From Hypanus sabinus (taxonomy: Eukaryota), in NCBI RefSeq assembly GCF_030144855.1, contig NC_082727.1, positions 36,208,001 to 36,272,000 on the forward strand: 64,000 nucleotides of DNA, in the 5' to 3' direction. Under the pieces are notes generated by a model. It had not been told where the DNA came from. It ran no database searches and saw only the letters and a program-made list of their open reading frames with translations. Each line of letters starts with the position of its first letter. Positions within the stretch are counted from its first letter, which is position 1. The translations under genes and the position numbers were made by a program. This document shows, one piece after another, positions 1 through 12,682 of this stretch.

Positions 1-1178
1 CGTTTTCAAGACCCTTTCACGACGCCGTCTCCGATGGAGAGAAGCAGTGAAGCCCGTCAACAAGTACCTTGAGGAGATACTTCAAGTTCTCCAGGACATG
101 ATAGACAACCAAAACGAGAAAAGCAAAACAAGAAGTGACACAAGACAGTTGTACAACCACATGTTGAGTTACGGTTTTCTGATTTTGCTAGGAGTTTAGA
201 ACAAAGTACTGATTCAGACTGACCATACTCAAAAGAGGCTGCAGAATCCTAGCGTGAACTTCCACGACGCTGCCCTGGATTTGAAAGCCCTCTGAGATCA
301 TTTTTATGATGAAAGAGAAGTGTTGGTCAGTGAGTCACTCAAAGAAGGAGTCGGTCTCTGTCAAGAATGGAATATTGAAGTTGAAAGACGTCAGAGATGA
401 AAGAAATGAATGGCTGATGAGAATTCGAGAGATGCTGGGTTAACAGCTAAGGAGGAAATGGAAAGAGTCATGAAGGGAACACTCGACTGTCTTCACAGAG
501 AAATGAATGAAAGGTTCACTCATTTGCATGACACTGACGCCAAGTTTGGGTTCCTTCTCGATGTCAAGAGACTGTGTTACGGTGCCGACAGTAATGACCC
601 AAAGAAGAAGTGCGAAAGTTTGAGCGAATTGTACAGCTCTGATGTTGATGGACAGCAGCTAAGTGAAGAAATTTTGGATTGCAGAATGCTGCTATCAAGG
701 CAGGTCATCTTGAAAATATCAAGACCTGAAGAGCTTCCTGAATTTATTGTTCAGTATGGAGATGAGAGCGTCTTCCCCAATCTTCACATTGCTATTCAGA
801 TAATGCTAACCATCGCAGTTTCCATCGCCAGCTGTGAGAGATCATTCAGCAAGTTAAAACTAATACTTTTGTATTTGAGAGCCTCCATGGGTCAAGGCAG
901 ACTCTGTGATCTTGCTCTGCTGAGTGTAGAAAGAGAAGAAACTGAAAACGCTGACTTTGATCACATCATAGACCAATTTGCATCAGTGAAAGCAAGGAAG
1001 GTGCAATTATAATTTTCATGTAGTGCCATAATTTGTTAATTAAAAGATTAACGAGCTTGACTTGTACTTTTGAGCTGATATTATGGTAAAGTTATCTAAA
1101 AGATGGTTGTTAGATGTTTGGACAGGGGCGCAATTTCAGTGCTTGCCATAGACGCTATTTTCCGTAGACACGCCCCTG
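1..1178 (+). mobile_element. hAT DNA transposon, 3' part (degenerate transposase with hATC dimerisation domain) and right TIR
   Basis: ORF 410-1012 carries the hAT C-terminal motif FPNL..A..I.LTIAVSIASCERSFSKLKLI..YLRASM.Q.RL.DLALLSVE. The upstream frame has stops. The element ends ...AGACACGCCCCTG at 1178 (reverse complement CAGGGGCGTG, a hAT-type terminus). Confidence 0.85.
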
Positions 1179-1559
1179 GGAGCACACCTTTAGGTACACA
1201 ATCACAGGAAGCATCATATGTCTTATTGTGGCTGGTTGGGATTCTGGGGCAAAGCCCATATCAGCCTTGAATACTGAATATAATATATCTGACAATTCAG
1301 CTTCCAGAGCAATCTGGAAAAGGAAATCCCAAAACTTCCGCCGTATCTCTATTTTAATCAAAAACGCACTTTTCCAAGAACACATTTCCTTGTTACAGAA
1401 TTCTCACAAGGAGAACCTTTTTCGCAATATTTTCACAACTCATCCTATCCAAAGTTGAATTCACATTCCTCCAATGTCCCCTCGAGTTTTCCTAAACTGA
1501 TAGCAGTTGCCTTGGGATGTCTTGAATAATTGTTGCATAATTTATATATAATTACTGTT

Positions 1560-2347
1560 TTCCATTGTGTCTGTTGTATATCTTTGTGTATGCTTTTGCC
1601 TTGATGTTGACCTTGTCCTCTCCTCAGTTGTAAGTATGTTTTCCATATTCACTTAAAATTCATAGTCTCTGTTTTCAAATGGTTGACAATTTGCCCAACA
1701 AGCTTTCTTTCCCTTAGATAATTGCTAAAGCAGTCTCTATTAATTTTGATAAGAATTGCAATTTTTTTTTCGTTTCCTGATAATCTTGGCTTCTGCTTTG
1801 CCATTGTTGTGTTGGTCTCCCAGGCTATTTATTGTTTGACCTTTTCCCATAATACCGCTTTCATTTGACGTTGTGCTTTGCCTCTTTAGTGGTCAACACA
1901 TGGGTGTTTCATCCTTGCTGATAGAAATCAGTTCTGCATGATGTTCTTTGCACATTCCCACCAAACACCGATAGTAAACATCAAATACATTCAGTTTATT
2001 ATGTCAGCAGCCTGTTCCAGTACATAGACAGTCAGCTTTATATAAATCTAACACTTTTACAGTGGTTTTGGTAACTCCTTCCAAATGGGCAACATTATCA
2101 GAGATCCCGCACACACCACAGACATTCTTTCTTTCCTTCACCCAGAGCCCCCTATTGGGCAGAAGATGCAAAAATCCGAAAGCATGTGCTTCCAGGCTCA
2201 AGGAGAAGTTCTATTTATTTATTTAGTTATTTATTGAGATGCAGCGTGCAATAGGCTTTTCCAGCCTTTGAGGCACACCGTCCAAAACATCCCGTGATTT
2301 AATCCAAGCTTAAGCATGGGAAATGTTCCAATGAGCTATTAACCCAC
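1560..2347 (+). repeat. Segmental-duplication copy of the IFIT upstream flank
   Basis: Aligns with ~9530-10716 (with an internal ~400-bp deletion) and in part with ~32760-33480. Confidence 0.8.
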
Positions 2348-3652
2348 TGTTACGTAGCCCGTAACTGGGTTAACAAACCAGCATAAAAGGAATACACGTT
2401 GCAGTTTGAAATTACTAGTAGCTAATAAAGATTATCAGCAAACTAAGTAATACAGTACAAAAATAAAATGCAAATATATATATACAGAAGTGAGAAGTGT
2501 GGTAAAAGGAATCAAAAACCAAGCTCTTCCAAAGTCTAGGGATAAATGAGTAGTCTTAGGAAATGATGAAAGTTCAGATCAGTTCAGTTTAGCTTAGGTT
2601 GAAGTANNNNNNNNNNNNNNNNNNNNNNNNNNNNNNNNNNNNNNNNNNNNNNNNNNNNNNNNNNNNNNNNNNNNNNNNNNNNNNNNNNNNNNNNNNNNNN
2701 NNNNNNNNNNNNNNNNNNNNNNNNNNNNNNNNNNNNNNNNNNNNNNNNNNNNNNNNNNNNNNNNNNNNNNNNNNNNNNNNNNNNNNNNNNNNNNNNNNNN
2801 NNNNNNNNNNNNNNNNNNNNNNNNNNNNNNNNNNNNNNNNNNNNNNNNNNNNNNNNNNNNNNNNNNNNNNNNNNNNNNNNNNNNNNNNNNNNNNNNNNNN
2901 NNNNNNNNNNNNNNNNNNNNNNNNNNNNNNNNNNNNNNNNNNNNNNNNNNNNNNNNNNNNNNNNNNNNNNNNNNNNNNNNNNNNNNNNNNNNNNNNNNNN
3001 NNNNNNNNNNNNNNNNNNNNNNNNNGAGAGAGAGAGGGTGAGCAGCTCTGCCAACAGGCAAACCTTCCATGGTCTTCTTGTTCCGTTGTACTGATGTGGT
3101 CATTCGGATATGACCCCTCTGTTCTCGGCTAGACCGTTCTTCCATGGTGGACTCGGCCCTCTGGCATGAGTGGACACACACACACGCCCCCCCGGTCCTG
3201 CCATCACACTGTGAGCTTTGTGACCGATCTCCGATTCAGTCCTCCAAGCCCCCAGCCTTCCTGTGGGTGCACAACACTCTCACAGTATCTCGTGGCGTGT
3301 CTGCCGGTGTCTCAGCAGACCTGTCTTTAACTCCCCTGACGGGGTATCAGCCATCCATCAACTGATCATGTCCATGTCCATCAAACTGGCCACTCCCTCC
3401 TGTCGCAGCAGGCACCTGGCATCACTGCTGTGTCAGCAGGGATCCTCCAAACAGGCCAAATGTCCTTGCGTTAAAGTCAACAATTAGTGAAGAAGCCATC
3501 ATCCTTTTAATCCTTGTCTCTCTCTCTCTCTCTCTCCCATCTGCAGCAGGATGCCTCCCCCCTCATTATCTCTCTCTCTCGTTAGCAGCATAGTTCACAG
3601 GGTGGTCAACTCTGGACCCCATCTCCAACTGGTTTTCTCATCACACATAACA
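2348..3652 (-). repeat. 3' LTR of the Gmr1-like element (contains N gap 2607-3025)
   Basis: TGTTA...TAACA termini, adjacent PPT, homologous to 7198-8604. Confidence 0.85.
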
Positions 3653-6600
3653 CCTCCACCCTTAAAATAATTTTTACCGGGGGGGGGGGAAATTCAATAG
3701 TAATTCACTTTACAGAGTCTAATATAATACAGTAGTATTTATAACTAACAGAGTAACACAGATATACTTTCAAATCTAAACCTAGATAAACAATCAACAA
3801 TTACATTGTCAGTCCCCTTTACATGTTGTATTTTAATATCAGATTCTTTGTAACAACAGACTCCAACTTAATAACCGTCTGTTTTTATTCTTCATATTAG
3901 TCATAAATACCAATGGGTTGTGATCAGTATAAACTATCAATGGCTTCTGTGCTGGACAAATGTAAACCTCAAAATGCTGTAATGCCAGGAATAGTGATAG
4001 TAATTCTTTTTTCTACAGTGGAATAATTTTCTGAATAATTTAACTTCCTAGAGAAATAAGCCACTGGATGTTCAATTTCGTCCTCAGCTTTCTGCAGTAG
4101 GACTGCCCCTGCAGCCTGGTCACTAGCATCTGTTGCTAGGGAGAAGGGTTTTGAAAAGTCAGGTACTTTTAACACAAGGTGGTGACACAGTATAGTTTTC
4201 AGACTCTCGAAGGCTTGTTGACAAGTGTCACTCCACACAAATTCCTTACTCTTTTGCAAGAGCTTAGTAAGAGGGAAGGTATATCTGCAAAGTTTCTTAC
4301 AAAACTTCTGATAGTGCCCCCACCATTCCAGAAACCTTCTCAGAACCCTCTTATCAGTCAGGACGGGAACTTCAGAAATAGCTTGTACCAGAGCCAGATG
4401 CCCCAGACCTACCACATACCCCAGACATGTGACCGTAACGTGGCTGAACTCACTTTTGGTGAGGTTCACTGTGAGATTGTCCTCAGGCAGCCACTTAAAC
4501 AGTTTTTCTACCAGCTTGCTTTCCTCGAATAGCCTGGCCTGAATTTACGATGATATCATGCATTGCACGCGTGCACAGTCTTAGAATATCAGGGAATAAA
4601 CCTTTATACTTGTCATTTAAGCTCTTCAGTTGTTTTTGCTGCTTTGACTGCAAATGTTGAATTTTTCCATCAACTTTTTCCAAAACATCAGACTTTCTGA
4701 GTCTTGTGAAAACTACAGGGTGTTCAGTAAAATGAATGGGTACTCCAGTACTAGACATGACAATCTCCTCCGTTGTCCATAACAATACTCACTGGTGCAG
4801 GGTAGGAATCATAATAACCCTTAATCACATTTTGATTGTGGACTGACCATTGCTCTCTCAGCAAGGTCAAAGGTGATACAATATGCTTAGCTCTCAACTC
4901 TTTAACTATCCCCTGGAATGTTCTCGATGTAAAGTTACTACCCTGGACAGATTGGATTCCTTTAGGTAGATCTACCAGTGTAGAAAATTTTATAAGTGCT
5001 TTTATCACGGTCTGTCTTGGCTTTAATGTTCCAGAGGGGCACCATTCCATGGAACCTAGACACAGCACACATGATGGTTAACAGATACTCGTAGCCAGCT
5101 GCAGTCTTTGGCAATGGGCCCACACAATCCAGTATGACCCTGGAAGATGGTTCACCAAGAACAGGTATCGGCCTAAATGTTACTGCTAGGATCAACTGAT
5201 TAGGTTTTCCTGCACCCTGACAGGTATGACAAGTCCTGCGCAAGTTCACAACATCCTTCTTTAATTAGGCCAGTAGAATTCCTTCTCACTTCCATTTACT
5301 GTCTTTTCCACTTCAAAGTATCCACCTAAGGACATATTATAAGCCATGTTTAAAATTTCAGCCCTGTAAACTTTCAGGACCAACCTCATCTGCAACCTCA
5401 GTAGGTGGTCTCCTCCTCCTCATCAATATCTCATTTTTCAGGTAATATCCTGCTGACCCTCTCCAGACCTCCTCTTTTGTGAGAGCTATCTCCTTTAACG
5501 CAGTAATTTCAGCTTCTCTACTTTGCTCCGCTGGTAAATTCATCCTTTGACAAAGACAAGCCCTTCTTCTCCTCCTTACACTCCAAATCCTGCTGTAACA
5601 TGAAAGGTAGAAAAGTCTCTGACAAACTTCATAAATTAAACTCCTGTCTCTGTTAACTGCGCCAGTATCTGTGTGTGGGTTGCCAGCCGCAAGCTTGCTC
5701 GTTAGCTGTTCCGCTGACTTAATTTCACCCTGGATAGGTGCCAGTTTAAAGTTTACCAAACTTAGCACTATCATTAAGCTTAGAAAGACCATATTTACAT
5801 TCTGAAAGTTCCCAAACAATCCATCAATTCCGCTTCTCCGACCTTTACTTCAATTCGTCCCCATAGTAACCCCGACATGTGGGCTCCTCAAAACCAAAAC
5901 AATCCTCTTTCTCTACATTGTCATCTTGAACAACAGTTCTCCGACCTTGGAGTGGTTTACTTTCAACTTCTAAAACAGAGTTTAACAAGCTGACACATTC
6001 TTCAACAGACCATTGTTCTGCAAGCAGGGTCAAAGGTCGTGAAACCAGTCCAAGCTTCTCCAGTTCTTCATTTAAAAATCCAGATTCAGCTCCTTTCTCA
6101 CATCTATTGTCCATTAAATTCACTTCGCCAGCTTTCATCTCATCACTAACCTTTAGAACACCGTCTAACACAAGTGACTGAGAATCCTCACTTTCCACTG
6201 GTGCCAGAGTTAACCCCTTACTCACAGAACCAAGTCCACCTGACCCAAAAGGATTGCATTCCTTTTTAACCAAATCAGGACACCCTCAGACCTTAACTGA
6301 GTTTCACCACAAGGTTCAGTACCCTGTGCATTCACAGGTACCTCAACAACCTGAACACAGGCAAATGGGACATCTGCCTCTTCTAGGCTTTCAATACCAG
6401 TCCCAATTTCAAAATTCATGTTCCCCTGATCCTCCCAGTTACTCTCTGGGAAACTCCTATCCGAAGTAAACTCAACCTTGCGGGTTAAAACAACCTCGTC
6501 TGCTAACCCAGCAGACTCCCTCAAGGTAGCGGCGTCCTTTTCATCATCGGGAACACACTTCTTAAATTCATCAATTACAGCTAACTCTTTCAAGCTATAT

Positions 6601-7197
6601 ACATCATCAATGTCAAACACTGGAGCTCCCAGCTGCAATATTCTTATCTTTTCTAGCTCAAACTGCCTTTTTTCTCTTTCCTTCTCTGCCTCCAGCTTCC
6701 TTATTTGGAGCTCATGCTCCCTTTTCCTTTCCTCCCACTCTCTTTCCTTTTCCTCTTTCTGTCTCTCTGCTTCTTCCCTCCGTCTTCCTATTTCCAACTG
6801 TTTTATTCGGAACTCATGTTCGTACTTCATTATATCTGCCTGAAGCCGAACCTCAGCCTCAGAAAGTGTTTCACCCTCAACAAACAACTCCAATGCCTCC
6901 TCCTCGAATTTCCCCTCGGCTACGTAATGATGTGCTATTAACAACTGTACCTGAGTCTTCCTCATGCAAGTGGTCACCTTAATCTTTAAATTCTGAGCAA
7001 TTCCCAGCAGTACATCCCTTTTAGCCCCTTCCAGTCCCTTAGGGGTTGGATCCGCCACAAACTTATTAACCTCAAACTCCATTTTTGCTGTCCCGCCTCT
7101 TTGTTTCCTACACAACCAAAGCAGATAAGGGAATGTACACCAATCAACTCACCGCCCCCCCAATTTGGTAATCAATTCCTGAGACAAGGCCCCAATT

Positions 7198-8604
7198 TGT
7201 TACATTCCCCGTTACTGGGTTAACAAACCAGCAGAGATGGAATACACATTGGAGTCTGTAATTACCAGTAACTAATAAAGTTTATTAGCAAGACTAAGTA
7301 ATACAGTACAAAATAAAATGTATATATATACAGAAGTGTGGTAAAAGGCATCAAACATCAAGCTCTTCCGAAGTCTGTGAGTAAATGTATAGTCTTAGGA
7401 AATTATAACAGTTCAGGTCAGTTCAGTTTAGCTTAGGTCAAAGTAGTTGCNNNNNNNNNNNNNNNNNNNNNNNNNNNNNNNNNNNNNNNNNNNNNNNNNN
7501 NNNNNNNNNNNNNNNNNNNNNNNNNNNNNNNNNNNNNNNNNNNNNNNNNNNNNNNNNNNNNNNNNNNNNNNNNNNNNNNNNNNNNNNNNNNNNNNNNNNN
7601 NNNNNNNNNNNNNNNNNNNNNNNNNNNNNNNNNNNNNNNNNNNNNNNNNNNNNNNNNNNNNNNNNNNNNNNNNNNNNNNNNNNNNNNNNNNNNNNNNNNN
7701 NNNNNNNNNNNNNNNNNNNNNNNNNNNNNNNNNNNNNNNNNNNNNNNNNNNNNNNNNNNNNNNNNNNNNNNNNNNNNNNNNNNNNNNNNNNNNNNNNNNN
7801 NNNNNNNNNNNNNNNNNNNNNNNNNNNNNNNNNNNNNNNNNNNNNNNNNNNNNNNNNNNNNNNNNNNNNNNNNNNNNNNNNNNNNNNNNNNNNNNNNNNN
7901 NNNNNNNNNNNNNNNNNNNNNNNNNNNNNNNNNNNNNNNNNNNNNNNNNNNNNNNNNNNNNNNNNNNNNNNNNNNNNNNNNNNNNNNNNNNNNNNNNGCG
8001 AGGGTGAGCAGCTGCAACAGGCAAACCTTCCATGGTCTTCTTGTTCCGTTGTACTGATGTGGTCATTCGGATATGACCCCTCTGTTCTCGGCTAGACCGT
8101 TCTTCCATGGTGGACTCGGCCCATCTGGCATGAGTGGACACACACACACGCCCCCCACCGGTCCTGCCATCACACTGTGAGCTTTGTGACCGATCTCCCG
8201 ATTCAGTCCTCCAAGCCCCCACCTTCCTGTGGGTGCACAACACTCTCACAGTATCTCGTGTGTGTCTGCCGGTGTCTCAGCAGACCCGTCTTTAACTGCC
8301 CTGACGGGGTATCAGCCATCCATTAACTGATCATGTCCATGTCCATCAAACTGGCCACTCCCTCCTGTTTCAGCAGGCACCTGGCATCACTGCTGTGTCA
8401 GCAGGGATCCACACAAACAGGCCAAATGTCCTTGGCGTTAAGTCAACAATTAGCGAAGAAGCCATCACACTAAATCATCCATTTAATCCTTGACTCTCTC
8501 TCTCTCCCATCTGCAACAGGATGCATCCCCCCTCTTCATCTCTCTCTCTCGTTAGCAGCATAGTTCACAGGGCGGTCAACTCTGGACCCCATCTCCATTG
8601 GTTT
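7198..8604 (-). repeat. 5' LTR of the Gmr1-like element, missing its outer ~20 bp (contains N gap 7451-7997)
   Basis: Starts TGTTAC after the PBS and matches the other LTR up to ...ATCTCCA..GGTTT, then switches to IFIT-intron sequence. Confidence 0.85.
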
Positions 8605-9447
8605 CAAGGAATCTGTATTGGGGGAAGGATTTTCATCAGCAAGAGCATTCAGTAATAGTGCACTATATATTGAAGTTTATAGATGTCACTAAGTGATGCA
8701 GTGAGCAGAGCAGATAGGGATTAAAATCTATAAAGTATCATGATAGTTAATGCAGGTGAGAGAACTGCAGAATCTGGAGTTCAGGGTGGGGAAATGTGGA
8801 CAAGTTCGGAATTGTGTAGAGGAGCAGTGAAACAGAAGGAAATCAGTAAAGCTGGTGACCGATAATCAAAGTGAATGCCAGGAAGTGAGTCTTTAATTGT
8901 AACGAGAGCTGGAATCAATACTGGAGCTTTGTACATCCTTGGCTACAGTACCTGATCAGCAACCTCAGTAATGATCTGTGCCAGAGGGCATGGACAAGGA
9001 TACTTTTGACTGCGGATTGTCAGCATTAAATTCTGGTGCCTCATTATGCAACCAGACTGATATTTGCTTGAATGCAGGACATTTGGAAAGACATTCCCAA
9101 GTTTAAGATGCTAAATAACATGGGAAATGTAGAACAACAGGCCACAATCTTAAATTTATGTCTCAACCAATCAAGGACGATGTCAGCCAACAGAATTGCA
9201 TTGAGGGTGTGGGGAAACTTCACAATTAGAGTCTTGCCCGGCAATCTCATGACCTCAATTTCTCTCCACCAACTTCTGATCTGCCAGTAACATGATCCAT
9301 CTGTTGTGTGCACCCCCTAAATGGAGAAAATCCTCTTAGTCCTCATCCAATCCCTCCTCCAATCAATTGCCCAGTATCCCTTCCTGTCCATGGACTGACC
9401 CACATATCATTTCCCAACTTAATATTCCTTCCCAACCCCGCCCCCAA
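8602..9447 (+). pseudogene. Orphan copy of IFIT intron sequence (remnant of a deleted IFIT unit)
   Basis: Colinear with IFIT-A intron ~14316-15172 and IFIT-B intron from ~43381 (e.g. TTTCAAGGAATCTGTATTGGGG, GATGCAGTGAGCAGAGCAGATAGGGATTAA). No exon on either side. Confidence 0.8.
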
Positions 9448-10589
9448 CCTCCTTGCCTGACTTCCTTCACCAAACCCACTCTTCCCTCCCAAGACTTATT
9501 CCTTGTTCCATTGCTTCCAATACATAATGTTTTTCTTTGCGTATGTTGTATATTTTTGTGTATGCTTTTGCTTTGATGTTGACCCTGTCTTCTCCTCTGG
9601 TGTATGTTTTTCAGATTCACTTAAAATTCGCAGTCTCTGTTTTTAAATGTTTGGCAATTCACCCACCAACCTCTTGTATGTTAAGATAATTCCTAAAAAC
9701 AGTCTATGTTGATTTTGATGATATTTTAAGTTTTTTTTTTCATTTTCCAAACCCTGGTGATCTTGGTTTCTGTTTTGCCACTGTTGTATTTGGTCTCATA
9801 GGCTATTTTTGTTTGACGTAATTCCCATAGTTACCATAATTTCCCATGATTCCTTTTTCATTTGATGTTATGCTTTGCCTCTTTAGTAATCAACAAATGG
9901 ATGTTTCATCCTTGCTGATGGAAATCAGTTCTGCATGTTTTTTTTTCAAATTTCCCCAAAACACCAATAGTAAACATTCAATCTATTCAGTTTATTATGT
10001 CAGCAGCCTGAACCACTGCATAAACAGTCAGCTTTCTATAAATCTAGCACTTTCACAACAGTTTCGGTTTCACCTTCCAAACACCCAGGTTGCATTCAAT
10101 CGTAGTCCCAGAAGTTTGTAGATGATATCACCAGAGTGTGTTGTATCTCAAATAGCAATAATTACATTAGTCATGATAACAAACTTTCATTCAATGTCAA
10201 AAACATAAAAGATCTGGTTATTGACTTCAGGATGGTTGGCAGTTCACATCCTCCTGTCTATATCATTGATACTGAGGTCGAGAGAGTTGAGACTTCAAAT
10301 TCCTAGTAGTGAACATCACCAATGGTTCGTCCTGGTCCAATAAAGAGACGCAGTGCCAAAGAAATCTCACCAGTGACTCTACTTTTGAGAATTGTAGACA
10401 TAGCTCAGCACCTGACTGAAATCCAGCCTTCTATCCAGTGACTCAGTCAACACTTCTCAGTAAAGAGATTAGCATAATCAAAGACCCCACATGCACCGCA
10501 GACATTTTTTCTTCCCCCCCCCCACCTTTTGGGCAGAAGATGCAAAAGCACAAAACATGTGCTACCAGGCTCAAGGAGAAGTTCTAAGG

Positions 10590-11100
10590 TTTAGTTATTG
10601 AGATACAGCATGCAGTAAGCAATTCAGGGCTTGCGAGCCATGCCACCCAGCAAACAATCCCATAATTTAACCTGAACCCACTCATGGGAACATTTTACAA
10701 TGAGCGATGAACCTACTAACTGGTACAACCTTGGACAGTGGGAGGAAACTGGAGAACCCGGAGAAAACCCATATGGTCTTAGGGAGACTGTACCAACTTC
10801 TTACAGACAGTGGCAGGAATTGAAACCAGGTCACCTGTAGCAGACGCAAGCACGAGGAAATCCACAGATGCTGGAAATTCAAGCAACACACACTAAATGC
10901 TGGTGGAATGCAGCAGGCCAGGCAGCATCTATAGGAAGAAGTACAGTCGACATTTCAGGCCGAGACCCTTAGTCCTGAGGTAGGGTCTCGGCCCGAAATG
11001 TCGACTTTACTTCTTCCTATAGATGCTGCCTGGCCTTCTGAGTTCTACCAGCATTTTGTGTGTGTCACCTGTAGGAGAAGCTTTTTCCTAACCACAACGA
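10590..11100 (-). mobile_element. V-SINE/HE1-like SINE (paralogous copies ~2215-2347 and ~33345-33625), interrupted by a hairpin element
   Basis: V-domain-like GTGGGAGGAAACTGGAGAACCCGGAGAAAACCCA, tRNA B-box-like GGAATTGAAACCAGGTC, (TTTA)n-type tail. Confidence 0.6.
10841..11063 (+). mobile_element. Palindromic Penelope-derived element with a degenerate hammerhead ribozyme core
   Basis: Inverted arms of ~80 bp (~10886-10969 and 10982-11065). 11-bp TSD GTCACCTGTAG at 10830-10840 and 11064-11074. Core CTGAGGTAGGGTCTCGGCCCGAAATGTC at 10975-11002. Confidence 0.7.
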
Positions 11101-11431
11101 GACTGTACAGCTATAAGATGATTAAATGGTTTCCTAGTGTGATAATATGGACTCTTGATCTCACAGTCTTACATCCTTGCACTTTATTGTTTTCCAGCAC
11201 TGCACGTGTCCCACCAGAAACTTTACTTCTAGCAGTGAACATCAGCAGTTCCCTGTCTTGGTCTCACCACAGACGCAAATAGAGACTGGCAAACAACTGA
11301 ATCCATCGAAAGATTCAGTTCATTGAGCTCCTCACAGCTGAGCACTGTGGTCATCGGGAAGACCTTGCAAGGTAGCCTCACTTGCTTGGTGTCCGGTCCT
11401 TCCCCTCCCCCTCTTCTTTCTTCTCAATAAA

Positions 11432-12682
11432 CCTGTTGGAGTTCCTTGAGGTGATTACAAGTTGGATAGATAAAGGGGATGCAGTGGATGTTGTTTATTT
11501 GGATTTTCAGAAGGCCTTTGACAAGGTGCCAGGCATGAGGCTGCTTACCGAGTTAAGAGCTCATGGTATTACAGGGAAGTTACTGGCATGGTTAGAGCAT
11601 TGGCTGATTGGTAGGAGACAGTGAGTGGGTATAAAAGGATCCTTGTCTGGTTGGCTGCCAGTGACTAGTTCTTCTGCAGGGGTCTGCGTTGGGACTGCTT
11701 CTTTATATGCTATTTATTAATGATTTAGATCTGGGAATAGCTGGCTTTGTTGCCAAATTTACAAATGATACAAAGATTGGTGGATGAGCAGGTAGTTTTG
11801 AGGAACCAGGTAGGCTCCAGAAGGATTTAGACAGATTAGGAGAGTGAGCAAAAAGTGGCTGTTGGAATACAATGCTGGAAAATGCACTTTGGAAGAAGAA
11901 GCAAATCTGCAGACTATTTTTGTAATGGGGAGAATATCCAAAAATCTGAGATGCAAGGGGACTTGTGAGTCTTTGTGCAGAACACCTTAAAGGTTAACTT
12001 GTAGATAGAGTTGGTGGTGACTAAGGCAAATGCAATGTTAACATTCATTTCCAGAGGTCTAGAATACAAGAGCAGGGAAGTGATGCTGAGGCTTTATAAG
12101 GCACTGCTCAGGCCTCACCTTGAGTATTGTGAGCAATTCAGTGCTCCTCATCTAAGAAAAGATGTGTTGGCATTGGAGAGCGATCAGAGGAGGTCCTCGA
12201 GGATGATTTCAGGAAAGAAAGGGTTATCATATGAGGAATGTTTGATGGTTCTCTGTCTGTACTTGCTGGAATTGAGAAGGATGAGGGCAGATCTCATTGA
12301 AACCATCCAAATGTTGAAAGACTTAGACAGAGTAGATGTGGGAAGGATTTTCCCCATGGGGGGGGGGAGGCGATGTTTAGAATAAGAAGGCACAGCCTCA
12401 GGATAGAGGGACGTCCATTTAAAACAGATATGCAGAGACATTTCTTCAGCCAGAAGGTGGTGAAATTGTGGAATTTATTGCCACAGGCAGCTGTGGGGGC
12501 CAGGTTGTTGGGTGTATTTAAAGTGGAGCTTGTTCAATGGACACGACATCAAAGGTTTTGAGGAGAAGGCTGGGGGGTGGGGCTGAGGAGGGGAAATAAA
12601 TGTCAGCCATGATTGAATGCTGGACCAGATTCCATGGGCCAAATGGTTTAATTCTACTCCTATGTCTTATAGTTTTATGGTC
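11432..12682 (+). mobile_element. CR1 LINE, 5'-truncated (RT and 3' tail)
   Basis: NLLEFLE...VDVVYLDFQKAFDKV and LYKALLRPHLEYC motifs, plus a CR1-type tail. The paralogous empty site reads CTCAATAAAATCTTTAAT at ~33961. Confidence 0.9.

Larger units (their letters stand above)
2348..8604 (-). mobile_element. Ty3/Gypsy LTR retrotransposon, Gmr1-like (gag-PR-INT-RT-RH order), defective
   Basis: Two LTRs. Gag ORF 7115-6222. Integrase remnants 5249-4751 (CHTC, VILDCVGPLPKT, QGSNFTS). RT C-terminus and RNase H 4469-3969 (ATDASD, HPVAYFSRKL, YSTVEK). PPT AAGGGTGGAGG at 3663-3653. Degenerate tRNA-Pro-like PBS (TGGGGCCTTGTC) next to 7197. Confidence 0.9.

Noticed and set aside
410-1012. Possible domesticated ZMYM/ZBED-like host gene
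   Set aside because: The upstream frame is broken by stops and a TIR follows, so this is a transposon relic.
2584-3181. ORFs spanning N runs (also 7428-8249)
   Set aside because: Artefacts of assembly gaps at the equivalent position in both LTRs.
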